Notes: generated from the sequence alone by a model not told the origin. Shown: positions 11,446-22,895, numbered from the stretch's first letter. The stretch is 32,000 nt of DNA from Wolbachia endosymbiont strain TRS of Brugia malayi (GCF_000008385.1 NC_006833.1:1020001-1052000); one strand, 5' to 3'. A program made the numbers and translations.

Positions 11446-11464
11446 ACACAAAAATTGTGTTTTA
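11446..11464 (+). terminator. possible weak intrinsic terminator after ispG
   Basis: ACACAA-AAA-TTGTGT hairpin (6 bp stem) followed by TTTT-like tail, just downstream of the ispG stop. Confidence 0.3.
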
Positions 11465-11659
11465 AGAGCAATTTACATAGCAGGCAGTGTTATCTCAGTA
11501 TCAAGCACATATCTGTATGAACATTGGATTTGAGAACGATCCCCATTTCCTCCTCAAACTGTGTAAAATGTTAACCACATTATACTGTATTTAGCCATCT
11601 CATTCTAACAATTTTGCTATTCAACTGCTCTCTACCGCTCCGCTGACTTGCCTTTTGTG

Positions 11660-12330
11660 TTACTGATCATTTTCTTGACTTTTTCGGAGCCGTTCATATT
11701 TTTCACGAGCTATAGAGATAGCTTTTCTCAACTTCTCCTCAAGAATTTCCTTAGGAGGTAGCTGTGTTAAATATCACGCAACATGAATATTAGATTCTTC
11801 AAGCTCCAGATATTCTATGTCTTCTTGATCCTTACCAGCGCATAGAATAATCCCTAGAGGCCTCACTATGACTTGATGACAATTCCACAAAGTTAAGGAA
11901 GTATGGATCGTAAAAAGTAAATTTAGGTGTTAACGTATTTTTTTCCCGTAACTTTTCGATACTTTGCTTTATTGAATTCCGCAGTTTTTCTTGCTAGTGC
12001 TGTACGTTCATACAATATAGTATTGACTTCACTACGTAGTACTCTAACATTCCATCCTTCAGTACAACATATCCCCAAATAGTAGCTTGCGCTTCAAGTT
12101 ACCAAAGATTGCAGTAATTTCTACAAAATGTGACCAACTCAATTGTTGCAACAGTGTCACGACAATTTCTTGATCGGGAAAGAATTTGGAAAATTGCACT
12201 ATCCTAAATAATGGAAGCTCTATCAAATCCACGTCCATATTCAATCTAGAAGTTCTTTTGCAAGTTGGAAGATGGATTCGTTTGCCATAGTCTGCACGCA
12301 CATTTGTGCTTTAAGACATCTTGATCAATT
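11660..12330 (-). pseudogene. decayed DUF1016/YhcG-like PDDEXK nuclease
   Basis: Minus-strand fragments RIVQFSKFFPDQEIVVTLLQQLSWSHFVEI; YERTALARKTAEF; DPYFLNFVELS; GIILCAGKDQEDIEYLELEESNIHVA*YLTQLPPKEILEEKLRKAISIAREKYERL, in the order expected for DUF1016 proteins (FPD..IV.TLS.QLSWSHF, ERTALSRKP, IGLILCAGK…V.EYL.ELPPKE). Confidence 0.8.
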
Positions 12331-12784
12331 CTGAAGCTAATTTTTCAAATTTAACAATACTATGGTAGAATTAAAATATCTAGCAAGATGATTCTTTGCT
12401 CTATCTATTAAATTATTAATACCCTCTAATAAGCTAGTAGTGATATTCATCAACGCTATTTTCAACAAAGGACCATTATAGCACAAAAACTAACTTTCTT
12501 GGATTTAACAATAAGCATGTATTACTTTCACCACGAAAACATCACTACTTCTACTTACTACCTTTAAATCACATGAAACGTACCGTTCAGCCAATGGCAC
12601 CAACTTAAGAGCTTCCCTTAGTAAACTTCTCTAAAGGCACAATGGGCTTTAGAGAAAAATCTTATATACAATCACTGATATTTTTCCTTAAGTTAACGCC
12701 ATTAGCTGAACAGATACTACTTGACTTCATAATTGCAACTAAATCTAAGTTATAAATATTTAATGAATTTATCAAATAAAAAAA

Positions 12785-13128
12785 GGCAAAAGAACTCCCG
12801 CAGTGTAAGTTTTAACCCTATAATAATTTTAACTGGCGCTGTAATAATTTGCCGACGCTTAGTTTAAGCGCAATTTGGCTGAATGTAGAAAAATTTTAAA
12901 AGACATGCAGCCGCGATAATTTGATGTAACTTGCCAACAAATACCTAAACTTTTCTACTAAATTTTGTCATTGAACCTGCATAGGTTAAAAACAAGCTGC
13001 GAGTCAGAAATACCCTTATTGTCAAGGTAACGAGGCTGTTAGAATTTGTCAAGTAATTTTTGCATTTCTATGAGCTACTGGAATGACGCCTACCGTCTCT
13101 CAAACTGCAATATTTGTGCAGTTGTAGG
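12785..13128. repeat. probable dispersed non-coding repeat element
   Basis: Non-coding block with GC-richer palindromic pieces; terminal nested hairpin CCTAC…AACTGCA-ATATTTG-TGCAGTT-GTAGG at 13089-13128. Resemblance to Wolbachia dispersed repeats is from memory, not searched. Confidence 0.4.
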
Positions 13129-13263
13129 TATAATGCTGAAATCTAATAAACCTTACTTACTTTAAGCTAGCACAATTAAGTAAATATAATAATTTTAATG
13201 TATTTTATTGATATATTCAACATCTTTTGGTATGATCGATAAAGAGTTATAAGGGGATAAAAT

Positions 13264-14200
13264 ATGGTTGGAGTAAAAGGTTTCAGAGATCTACTAAGCA
13301 AAATTAGACTTGCATGGGTTAGCTTAATATTAAGCGTAAAAAATTTTTTTTCAAGTAACAAACATACACCGTTAAGCACCTCTATCAAAAAGCAAAACGC
13401 TGACAATGGTTGTGACAGCATACAAAAGAAACAAGCGTAGAAAATAAAATAGAAATAAAAGGTAACAAGATTGATTTAGAGATAAGCAGAATATATGACA
13501 TGATGCTTTAGAAAAACAAGAAGAATTTTTTGATACTGTTGAAAGTTTAGATAAACAAGAAACTGGTAAAAGAAAAGATTATGGGGAGAATAAGTACTAC
13601 AGCTTACAAGGTAGCTTGCAAGACAAAACTGAATTTGATCATTCAAAGCAAACTCTTGCACTTGCTTTTGAGATTGAACCAGGAAATTTCAATACTGAAC
13701 TCGGTAAATTTAAAACATGTAAACTTAAGCAAAATGGCAATAAATATATATTTAATCCAGAATATAAGTAAAAAAATCGTATAGAACTACATTCTGAGTA
13801 TCTTAATATGTATCTCCCTAAATACTTTGAAAAACACAGTAAAAAAAGGACATACATTGAACTTTTTTCTCTAAAAGAAAACAGAATTAATGACGATATC
13901 ATAATTCCATCAAGTGTACCTAAAGAAATAGACATATTTTTTTGAGAATTCTGTCGAATAAATCCTAAAAGGGCTATACAGAGTAAAATACCAGATTTTC
14001 GGAGGGATATATATCTGAAAGATTGCAAAAATGATGTAAAATTCCACCTTAATTCAAATAATACTATATTTCTTTCTGTGACATCAGGGAGGATGTCCTA
14101 ATTAGAGGCAGGTTTGCTAATAATGTAAATAAGCATATCCACAAGCAACTTGAAGTAAAAGTGGACTCTGATTTTGAATGTGTTGGAATAGTTAAGTTGA
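13264..14200 (+). pseudogene. decayed hypothetical protein gene
   Basis: MVGVKGFRDLLSKIRLAWVSLILSVKNFFSSNKHTPLSTSIKKQNADNG then, in another frame, ALEKQEEFFDTVESLDKQETGKRKDYGENKYYSLQGSLQDKTEFDHSKQTLALAFEIEPGNFNTELGKFKTCKLKQNGNKYIFNPEYK*KNRIELHSEYLNMYLPKYFEKHSKKRTYIELFSLKENRINDDIIIPSSVPKEIDIFF*; single TAA interrupts an otherwise open frame. Confidence 0.6.
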
Positions 14201-14589
14201 GGAAGTAAGCTCGGCTTTAAAATAAGTTAGAGTCACACCAGGTAAGCAAACGCTTCAGAGCAAAGCATAACGTAGAGTACAAGAAGCCATGTCTGCAAAT
14301 GTACTACCACAATTCTTATACTGTAATAGGTAAACTCACGTAGATTATTACAACTAGTCAAGCCTAAGCTACTTAATAACCTCTACGGATTATCCATGTT
14401 ACTCTATTCCTCATGAAGTACTTTCTTTACTTTCTATGAGTATGCCAAGCTCTTCTGCTGCATTTTTGACTTCTAAAGTAAAGTTTTAAAGTTCTTTACA
14501 ACCTTTTTAATTGTTAGTACACTTATGAAAGTTTTACTTTTTATACATTGTTATAAAGATTTTTTAAATTTTTCTTTTTTATTCAATAA

Positions 14590-15435
14590 AACTTACAATC
14601 TGACATATCAGAGTGGTTATTCTTTTTTGCCTATCAAAAAGAGTTTTGTTCTTTTTTGTAAGCACGGTATTTGTCTCTTCCAGTCGTTTGCTTTTTTTCT
14701 TTTTTCATAAATTCTTCTTTATGTTCTTGTATTTTTCTCTCCAATTCTGCTGCAGATTTTTCTGTTCTATCTAGATTATTTACTTGCTCTTGCAACTGTT
14801 TGTCTATATCATGCAATCTTTCTTAGTTTTCATTAATCTCGTTGATTGTTACTTTTCCCAATTTGTCTTTACATTGCAATATTTCAGCTATATAGTCTAT
14901 TTTACCTTCCAATTTGTACTCTAAGAATTCTTTTTCCTTGCGAAGAACTGCGTTTTCAGTTCCACATTAGACTTTCCTTGAGCCAAATTCAACTGACTAC
15001 TTAATTTTTCTGTATTCTTGTTTGAGGCACCCACAATTACAGCTATTTTGTCGTTTAACTCTATTATTTTATTCTCTAGCTTTTTGATTTTACCATCTCT
15101 ATCATTTAACTCTTTATACAGTATTATCTAACTGTTGTTTTACACTAATTAGCTCTCTACTTTTCTGGTTTAATAGATTCTTCAACTTCTTCATTAGTTT
15201 GCTTGCGGCTTTCCCAGTTTCCTTCTCTAGAATTATTTTCTAGTTCTTGCCCTCCTTTAGTAACCTCATCTCTCTCAGTTCTCCTTTTCTTATTACTACT
15301 AGTTATTTTATGTGAAAGTGTAGCTGCTAAAACAGACAACATAGCTAAAGTAAAGGCTAGAGGAAGAGGTACACTAGAAAATGCAGCAAATGTTACAGAT
15401 GCAAGTAACGTAAGAGTAGCTAAAGAACTAGCTAC
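14590..15435 (-). pseudogene. decayed transmembrane + coiled-coil protein (copy A)
   Basis: Minus-strand frame reads LATLTLLASVTFAAFSSVPLPLAFTLAMLSVLAATLSHKITSSNKKRRTERDEVTKGGQELENN…; downstream fragments LLNQKSRELISVKQQLDN and KQLQEQVNNLDRTEKSAAELERKIQEHKEEFMKKEKKQTTGRDKYRAYKK are heptad-rich; multiple frame changes. Confidence 0.65.
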
Positions 15436-15923
15436 AAGCTAAAATGCGTTAGCTTTGTTAAGTGAATTGCCCAATAACCTCTTTCCACAAACGAAATTTC
15501 AACTCCATTGTGCATATATTTATTAAAATTCTCTTTAAATACCTGTATTTTTATTTGCTACCATGTTAATAACATCATGCTGTACTATACCCTATACTTT
15601 TACAAGCTTAGGCTATAAAATGAGAGAATTTGTAAAATTGGTGCTGGCAAAAATTTTTCACTGACCTGATTGAAATTCCAATTTTATTTCATAAGTTTAC
15701 TTTAGTTTTCCTGTTAGTTCTGGGCTTGGTAATACCTTTCATGCAATCACTTGAGATGTATGAAATATGGTAATTTTACTCGTTTAACACAAAGGTTGTG
15801 AGAAGAATTTGCTTTCGGTATTATTAGTGCACTATGTTCTTGTCTAGATAGGAAACAGATGCCACACTTGAAATTGATATATGCAATACCTATCTTTAAA
15901 AATTAAATACTGAACTGTTATAT

Positions 15924-17048
15924 ATGAGTAAAAAAGACTACTATAAGCTGCTGGGGGTAGATAGAAATGCTAGTACTGATGAGATAAAAAAAGCATATAA
16001 AAAATTAGCGTTAAAGTATCATCCAGATAGGAATCCTGGCAATAAAGAAGCAGAGGAGAAATTTAAAGAAATAACAGCTGCGTATGAAGTCCTATCTGAT
16101 TCTGAGAAAAGAGCAGGCTATGATCGTTATGGTCACGAAGGTGCTTCCGGTGGGTTCGACTTTAGCCAAGGTTTTGGCTCTGCAGGAGATTTTAGTGACA
16201 TATTCAATGACTTCTTTGGTGGGGAATTTGGTAGCTCAAGTAGGTCAAAAGCAAAAAGAAGCACAACGGGAGTACCTGGGGCAGACCTACGCTATGATCT
16301 TGAAATTACCTTAGAAGATGCGTTTAAAGGAATACAAGCACCTATACATTATGTCACAAACGTAAAATGTGACATGTGTCAAGGTAGAGGTAGTGAAGGA
16401 GCAACCAAACCGGTTCAGTGTCATACATGCCAAGGAAGTGGTAGGATTAGAACACAACAGGGCTTTTTTACAATCGAAAGAACATGTACTACATGCTATG
16501 GAGAAGGAGAAATAATACAGAATAAATGTAAGAAATGTAATGGAAGTGGTCGTAGAAGAGATGAAGTAAATATATCAGTTTCAATCCCAAAGGGGATAGA
16601 AGAAGGTGCTAAGGTAAGGGTAAGTGGTAAAGGAGAAGCTGGAGCAAAAGGTGGAAAAAGCGGCGATTTATATGTATATGTTAAAATTACTCCACATAAA
16701 ATCTTTACCAGAAATAAAGCAGATTTACATTGTAAAGTACCTATAAGAATGACACTAGCAGTGCTTGGTGGTGAAATTGATGTTCAGTCTATTGATGGAG
16801 CTAAAATAAAAGTAAAAGTTCCAGAAGGTACTCAGACTAGTACCAAATTACGTTGTAAGGAAAAGGGCATGCCTTATATGAACTCATATGCTCGTGGTGA
16901 TTTATATGTACAGATAATAGTTGAGACTTTAAATCCTAATAATTTAACTAAAAAGCAAATTGAGCTATTAAAAGCACTTGAAGAAGAGGAAAATGCAAGT
17001 ATACAACAGCAATCTGAAGGGTTCTTTAGTAAAGTAAAAAAAAAGTAA
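15924..17048 (+). CDS. dnaJ: chaperone protein DnaJ
   Basis: 374 aa ORF, J-domain with HPD motif (YHPDRNPG), G/F region, four CXXCXGXG-type zinc motifs ([32 protein letters not shown]). Confidence 0.98.
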   Translation: MSKKDYYKLLGVDRNASTDEIKKAYKKLALKYHPDRNPGNKEAEEKFKEITAAYEVLSDSEKRAGYDRYGHEGASGGFDFSQGFGSAGDFSDIFNDFFGGEFGSSSRSKAKRSTTGVPGADLRYDLEITLEDAFKGIQAPIHYVTNVKCDMCQGRGSEGATKPVQCHTCQGSGRIRTQQGFFTIERTCTTCYGEGEIIQNKCKKCNGSGRRRDEVNISVSIPKGIEEGAKVRVSGKGEAGAKGGKSGDLYVYVKITPHKIFTRNKADLHCKVPIRMTLAVLGGEIDVQSIDGAKIKVKVPEGTQTSTKLRCKEKGMPYMNSYARGDLYVQIIVETLNPNNLTKKQIELLKALEEEENASIQQQSEGFFSKVKKK

Positions 17049-17255
17049 GAAATTTGCTAAATGATGTTAAAAGTAGCTAATTATTACTGGTTTTTTAAGT
17101 TATCCTTTATTGTCCAGTACTTGGTATACAACTGCACGAACATTGTGATTTGAAAAGAGGGAGAACGGTACTAAAAAACTACTTGATAAACTTCCCTGCC
17201 CCCTACCACGATACTGGAGGTATTCAGTTACCTTCAATCTGTGCAGGTTAAAATG

Positions 17256-17600
17256 ACAAAGTATTACACATAGTTGGCACCTTATATTTAATTTTTTGTA
17301 CTATGTGCACCTTATGTCTTCATAACATTTCTAGGTTCTTACCTATATAAGCTGAAACTCGTTTATAAAGCGTTTAAGACAGTATAGTACGCCAACTTAC
17401 AGGATTAGAAAGCAACACTATCTACCACGGGACACCTTTTGTTTTTTTCTGCTTAATAAATTTCTTAGACATTTATGCCTAAAGGTTAGTTGCATTAAAA
17501 AACAGCTGAGTCACGATTATTAAGTATTTAAAATATAAAAAAATGCCAATGTTTTTAAATAGATAATAACCAGGGTTTTTTTGCCTTTTTTACCACTTGA
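17256..17600 (+). repeat. dispersed palindrome-containing repeat, copy 1
   Basis: Shares CTGTGCAGGT…TTTTTTGTACTATGTGCACCTTATGTCTT…TATATAAGC…TTATAAAGCGTTTAAGA with copies at 24000-24195 and 28543-28840. Confidence 0.65.
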
Positions 17601-17756
17601 TAAATTCCTTAAAATTTATAGCTAAGGCAATTTAAGAGTCCAATAAAGATGTCACCCAGATATATGCTTGACACTTGGGTCCAGGAAATTTAGTTATATA
17701 TAGGGAAATCTTGCTTATGTTGCTACAGTTTGAAATTAAGAAATATTCAAGTGATC

Positions 17757-20324
17757 ATGTTAAAAGAAAAATATAGCTTCAAAGAAGTCGAAAATAAGTA
17801 TAATATATTATGGGAAGATAGTAGGGTCTATAAATGGGATGGTAAAAAAGAGAACACTTTTACTATAGATACACCTCCACCAACAATATCGGGCAAACTG
17901 CATATTGGTCACATATTCAGCTACTGTCACACAGACTTTATTGCAAGATTTCAACGCATGCTTGGAAAAGATATCTTTTATCCAATTGGGTTTGACGATA
18001 ATGGCCTTCCTACCGAAAGGTTGGTAGAACAAACCTATAAAACCCGTGCAAGAGAAGTTGGGAGAGAAAAATTTATAGAGATGTGCCATGAAGTTATTGA
18101 AAAATCAAAGCAGGAATTCAAGGAACTATTGAGATCAGTTGGTATTAGTTATGACTGGAGTTTAGAATACCACACAATCAGCAAAGAAACTGTGACACTT
18201 TCTCAAATGTCGTTCATTGATCTATATAATAAGGGATATGCATATAGAAAGATGCAGCCTATTCTTTGGGATCCAGTTGATAAGACAGCAATTGCGCAAG
18301 CAGAAATAGAAGATAAAGTCTGTGAGTCATCTTTAAACACAATAACTTTTTCTACTGAAGAAAATGAGCAGATCGATATTGCAACTACGCGACCTGAGTT
18401 ATTTCTGGCATGTGTTGCAGTTTTTTGCCATCCAGAGGACGCACGTTACGCTCATCTAATCGGAAAAACATCTGTAGTACCAATAATAGGAGTCAAAGTT
18501 CCAATAATAGCTGATGGTAGAGTTAAAATAGATAAAGGCACTGGGCTTGTTATGTGCTGTACATTCGGTGATGAGCTCGACATATATTGGCAACAAAAGC
18601 ATAATTTGCCAATGAAAATTATCATCGATCAGGATGGGAAGATAAATCTAGATTCAATGTACGATAATAATAGATCTCAGTATCAAGGCATTGGGATGAC
18701 AGGGGAAAGAAGTACTGGGGTGATAAAGGAAGGTGCCATTTCGCCACACTACGATGTTATTCCAGTGCGTAACACTAGAATCTACGATGAAATCAATGGA
18801 CTAAAGGTTAAAGAAGCAAGAAAGAAAATAATTAAAATTCTAACTGAAAGAGGACTTTTGACAGGAAGCACTAACATTTCTCATTCTGTCAAGTGTGCAG
18901 AGAGGTCTGGTGTATCACTTGAAATATTACCTACTTATCAATGGTTTATTAAGACTTTAGATCAAAAAGCTCAGGTATTAGATAAAGTAAAAGAATGCAA
19001 CTGGTATCCAAGTACCATGCGTAAGCGTATGGAAGTGTGGATAGAAGGGCTAAATTGGGACTGGTGTATCTCAAGGCAACGTTATTTTGGTGTACCGTTT
19101 CCAGTGTGGTATTCAAGACGTAAAGGCGAAGAAGGCAAAGTCATCCTAGCTGAAGTAGAGGATCTGCCTGTAGATCCATTGAAAGACTTGCCGAAAGGGT
19201 ATAGTAAGGAAGAGGTGGTCCCAGATCAAGATGTAATGGATACTTGGGCGACAAGTGCGATCACTCCTCAACTGAGTGCGTTGGCAGTAAACAGTGAGTT
19301 TAGCTTGCCAGATCACCGTTATAATACGATATTTCCTGCAGACCTACGCAGCCAAAGTCATGAGATAATAAGAACTTGGGCTTTTTATACGATTTTGAAA
19401 GCATACTACCATGCAAATTCTTTACCCTGGAAAAATATCATGGTCAGTGGCTGGTGCCTGGCTGATGATAAGAAAAAGATGAGTAAATCAAAAGGTAATA
19501 TAATAACTCCAAAATCGATACTTGATACATATGGTGCAGATGTAGTGCGTTATTGGACAGCAAACTCAAGGCTTGGAGTTGATACAGTCTACTCTGAAAA
19601 CATACTCAAAATTGGCAAGCGCCTCGTTACAAAACTTTGGAATGCCAGCAAGTTTGTTTCTATATTCATGGAAAGATATCAAGCTGTAAGCATAAATTCT
19701 GTCAGTGAGACAATGGATCAGTGGATATTGTCTAAACTATATAAAGTTATAGAAAAAGCAACGAATAACTTATTACAATTCGAATACTGTGAAGCTTTGG
19801 GTGCAGTAGAAGGATTTTTTTGGAAAGACTTTTGTGACAATTACTTGGAATTAGCAAAAAAACGTGCATATGGAGATAAAGTAAGCAGCAAGGCAAACTT
19901 AAGTGCGAAACAAAGTTTGACATATGTATTAAATACTATTTTGCGGTTACTTGCACCTTTTCTGCCATATATTACTGAACAAATATATCACCAACTATAT
20001 AGCGATAATTCTGTGCACAATCGAGGTAATTGGCCGAATAAGGAGGAGCTTATCTATGATAAGCATTCTGAAGAAATGGGGGATAAATTCATGCAGATAT
20101 TAAACCTCGTGAGAAAAATAAAAGCGGACAATAATGTATCAGTTAAGCATTTGATAAAAAAGTTAATGATAAAAGCAAATGTAAAAGAGGATAAGTTGAA
20201 TCAGTCTGCGCAGAATGATTTACAGACAGTCTGTAATGCTGAAATGATAGAATGGAGTGAAAACGCACAAGCAGGACTTATAACTGAAAATGGGAAGTTT
20301 ATTGTAAGTATAGATTTATACTAA
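17757..20324 (+). CDS. valS: valyl-tRNA synthetase (ORF track begins at 17730; MLKEKYSFKEVENKYNILW start at 17757 preferred)
   Basis: Class I aaRS with PPPTISGKLHIGHIFSYCHTD (HIGH) and KKMSKSKGN (KMSKS) signatures; ValRS-type editing and anticodon-binding regions. Confidence 0.96.
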   Translation: MLKEKYSFKEVENKYNILWEDSRVYKWDGKKENTFTIDTPPPTISGKLHIGHIFSYCHTDFIARFQRMLGKDIFYPIGFDDNGLPTERLVEQTYKTRAREVGREKFIEMCHEVIEKSKQEFKELLRSVGISYDWSLEYHTISKETVTLSQMSFIDLYNKGYAYRKMQPILWDPVDKTAIAQAEIEDKVCESSLNTITFSTEENEQIDIATTRPELFLACVAVFCHPEDARYAHLIGKTSVVPIIGVKVPIIADGRVKIDKGTGLVMCCTFGDELDIYWQQKHNLPMKIIIDQDGKINLDSMYDNNRSQYQGIGMTGERSTGVIKEGAISPHYDVIPVRNTRIYDEINGLKVKEARKKIIKILTERGLLTGSTNISHSVKCAERSGVSLEILPTYQWFIKTLDQKAQVLDKVKECNWYPSTMRKRMEVWIEGLNWDWCISRQRYFGVPFPVWYSRRKGEEGKVILAEVEDLPVDPLKDLPKGYSKEEVVPDQDVMDTWATSAITPQLSALAVNSEFSLPDHRYNTIFPADLRSQSHEIIRTWAFYTILKAYYHANSLPWKNIMVSGWCLADDKKKMSKSKGNIITPKSILDTYGADVVRYWTANSRLGVDTVYSENILKIGKRLVTKLWNASKFVSIFMERYQAVSINSVSETMDQWILSKLYKVIEKATNNLLQFEYCEALGAVEGFFWKDFCDNYLELAKKRAYGDKVSSKANLSAKQSLTYVLNTILRLLAPFLPYITEQIYHQLYSDNSVHNRGNWPNKEELIYDKHSEEMGDKFMQILNLVRKIKADNNVSVKHLIKKLMIKANVKEDKLNQSAQNDLQTVCNAEMIEWSENAQAGLITENGKFIVSIDLY

Positions 20325-20439
20325 TTATTATATAAATCTAACTTGATCCCCTTTAGCATTCATACTACTTTAGCAGTCGTTTTACTATGAAAGGACGATA
20401 GTGGGAGATTCATATAAAAAAACAATGTACCATATCTTA

Positions 20440-22072
20440 TAGCTGGTGCTTTTGCTACTTTATCATTGATTGCATCCAGGATACTTGCTGTGGCCTTTTT
20501 CGTTGGATTCTTGTCTTTCAGTTACAGCCTTTTAACATATCTCTGCATATTGCCTTGATTTTACTTATATTTTCTGTTTTGGTGCTCGCACTTTCACGCA
20601 AAATGATTAGTAGTAATAAGAAATTAGAGGTTGAGAAAAATAAATTTGCTGAAAAAGAGCAAGAGTTAGAAAATAAAATAACTCTAGAAAAAAGAGCTAG
20701 ATAAGCTACAGATAAAAAAGTGGAGTAATTAAATAATTAATTAAATAAATTAACTCGAAAGAAGTAAGATTTAAAAAGCAAAATTGAAGGGTTAAGTAGG
20801 GAAGTGAGTCAATTGATGGAACAAGAAGCTAATGCACAGCAAGAATCAGATGATACTCTAAAAAAATTAAGTGATAAGGATAGTGAAATCCAGGATCAAA
20901 AAGTCAAATAGATATTATTAATAGCGAGAAAAAGGAGTTATGCTGTAAAAATACAGAGTTGAGTATGCAAGTAGGTCAGTTAGAATGCGAAAAGAATAAT
21001 TTTTTTCATTATACCGAAGAGCTATGTGATGAAAATAAGAAACTAAAAGAGGAAAAAGGTAATTTACAAGGCCAGTTACGTAAGATGTAACTATACAATT
21101 TAAGACATGAGTATGATAATTCACCCTGTAAATTACAAGAGAAGGTTTCTTCTCTGAATGATCAAGTAACTATGTTAGAAGAAGAAAAGAGACAATTAGA
21201 AATAGGTTAAAAACGAGAACATAAGAAGTAGAGTGGCTAGAGATACGGTTAAAATCAAAAGAAGAACTACATGATGCATTAGAAAAGCAAATAGCTGGCA
21301 GTAATGGTAAGAATAGGAAATTGGAGAAATTTTTAGTCAAGAAAAAAATAAAAATAAGGAATTAGAAAAAAAGTTAGAGGATCTAGAGACAAGCTACGAT
21401 AATTTAAGAGATAAAAACCGCAATTTATTAAAAGAGAACGAAAAGTTGAATAAGAAATTACCGTTTTTAAAAGTAGAAAATGCAGATCTTCTTAACATAT
21501 CAGAAATAGTGTAAAGTAGTCACAATAAAGGTCTGAACAAATTTGAAGAGCAAAGGAGAGAATGTACAAGGATAAGCAGTATTTACTGCACTCAGTGTAA
21601 TAGTAACAGTGATAAAACGAGAAGCCACTAACTCGGTAGAATCACACACATACATGAATACTATGTGCAAGAAATAGTTAATTAGTTTACGTAGCCTATA
21701 TGTAAAAAATGAAATATAGATGGTCTACAAAAACATGACCGTTATACTGCAGAGCACTTAAAACAGTCATAAAATCTTTTAAAGACTGATAGCCTCTTCC
21801 ACAAAAATGAAAGATGAGTTAATTAATTTTACTTTAGGGATACAAAAAGCAGTGAACATTTATCAGAACTTGAAGTAATAGGTGAAGGTAAGTGTGCTAA
21901 TGAACAACTCCAGAAACTAGACATATCCACTCCAAAAAAATTGCTATACAAAAAGCCAAATGAGGCTGCATGTACAGAAGAAGATCTTGGATATACCAGT
22001 AGATATTCTACTCCGATTAAACACACTGATGTTACTACGCATTGCACATTAGACTGGATACACGGAACTTAA
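20440..22072 (+). pseudogene. decayed transmembrane + coiled-coil protein (copy B)
   Basis: Plus-strand fragments NVPYLIAGAFATLSLIASRILAVAFFVGFLSF…ALILLIFSVLVLALSRKMISSNKKLEVEKNKFAEKEQELENKI; EVRFKKQIEGLSREVSQLMEQEANAQQESDDTLKKLSDKDSEIQDQKVK; EKKELCCKNTELSMQVGQLECEKNNFFHYTEELCDENKKLKEEKGNLQGQLRKM; C-terminal CTEEDLGYTSRYSTPINHTDVTTHCTLDWIHGT*. Confidence 0.7.
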
Positions 22073-22187
22073 ATGAGCCTACTTAGTGCCTTATAGATCA
22101 AGAATTGCCGCGATCTTTTTGTAATAAAAGAAATTGCAAAATGCAATAGTTATTTTTATAGTCTACAAAAAGACGTAGAGGTATACA

Positions 22188-22865
22188 ATGAATCCAATAA
22201 TATGCGCACTAGACACGCAAGACTTAAATGAGGCCATATCCTTGGCTAATACTTTGCGTGACAAGGTTGGCATGATAAAGCTGGGGTTAGAATTTTTCGC
22301 CGCTCATGGTCCTTCTGGAGTGAGAGAAGTTGCAAAGTGCAATGTACCAACTTTTTTGGATCTGAAATTGCACGACATTCCAAACACTGTAGCTAAAACA
22401 GTTGAAGCGATAAAAGTTCTGAATATTGAAATATTAACATTACATATCAGCGGTGGAACAAAAATGCTTGAAGAGGCTCTAAGTATAGTGAAAGACACAA
22501 AAACGAAACTAATTGGAGTAACAGTATTAACCAGTATGAGCAATGAGGATTTGAGCGAACTTGGAATAGCAAGAGAGGTAAAATCACAGGTAATTCTGTT
22601 TGCAAAGCTTGCAAAGAAGGTTGGACTACACGGAATAGTCTGCTCGGCATTAGAAGCTCAAGAAGTGTATCAAGAATGTGGTAAAGACTTTAAAATTATT
22701 ACTTCAGGAATTCGTGTAGGTTTTGGTCATGATGACCAAAAAAGGACAGCGACACCAAAAGAAGCAATAAATTCAGGAGCTGATTATATTGTAATTGGTA
22801 GACCTATTACAAAAAGTAATAGTCCTGCAAACAGTGCAGAATTAATATTGAAATCACTTAGTTAA
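22188..22865 (+). CDS. pyrF: orotidine 5'-phosphate decarboxylase
   Basis: 225 aa ORF, ICALDTQDLNEA, LDLKLHDIPNTV, TVLTSMS, IITSGIRVGFGHDDQKR…GRPI motifs. Confidence 0.97.
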   Translation: MNPIICALDTQDLNEAISLANTLRDKVGMIKLGLEFFAAHGPSGVREVAKCNVPTFLDLKLHDIPNTVAKTVEAIKVLNIEILTLHISGGTKMLEEALSIVKDTKTKLIGVTVLTSMSNEDLSELGIAREVKSQVILFAKLAKKVGLHGIVCSALEAQEVYQECGKDFKIITSGIRVGFGHDDQKRTATPKEAINSGADYIVIGRPITKSNSPANSAELILKSLS

Positions 22866-22895
22866 CGAAGGCTACGAAAAAAATTAAAAAAGTGC

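Noticed and set aside
20440-22072. Assignment of the coiled-coil relic to a specific named Wolbachia effector such as TomO
   Set aside because: Only generic coiled-coil character is visible; no diagnostic sequence recalled with enough certainty to name it.
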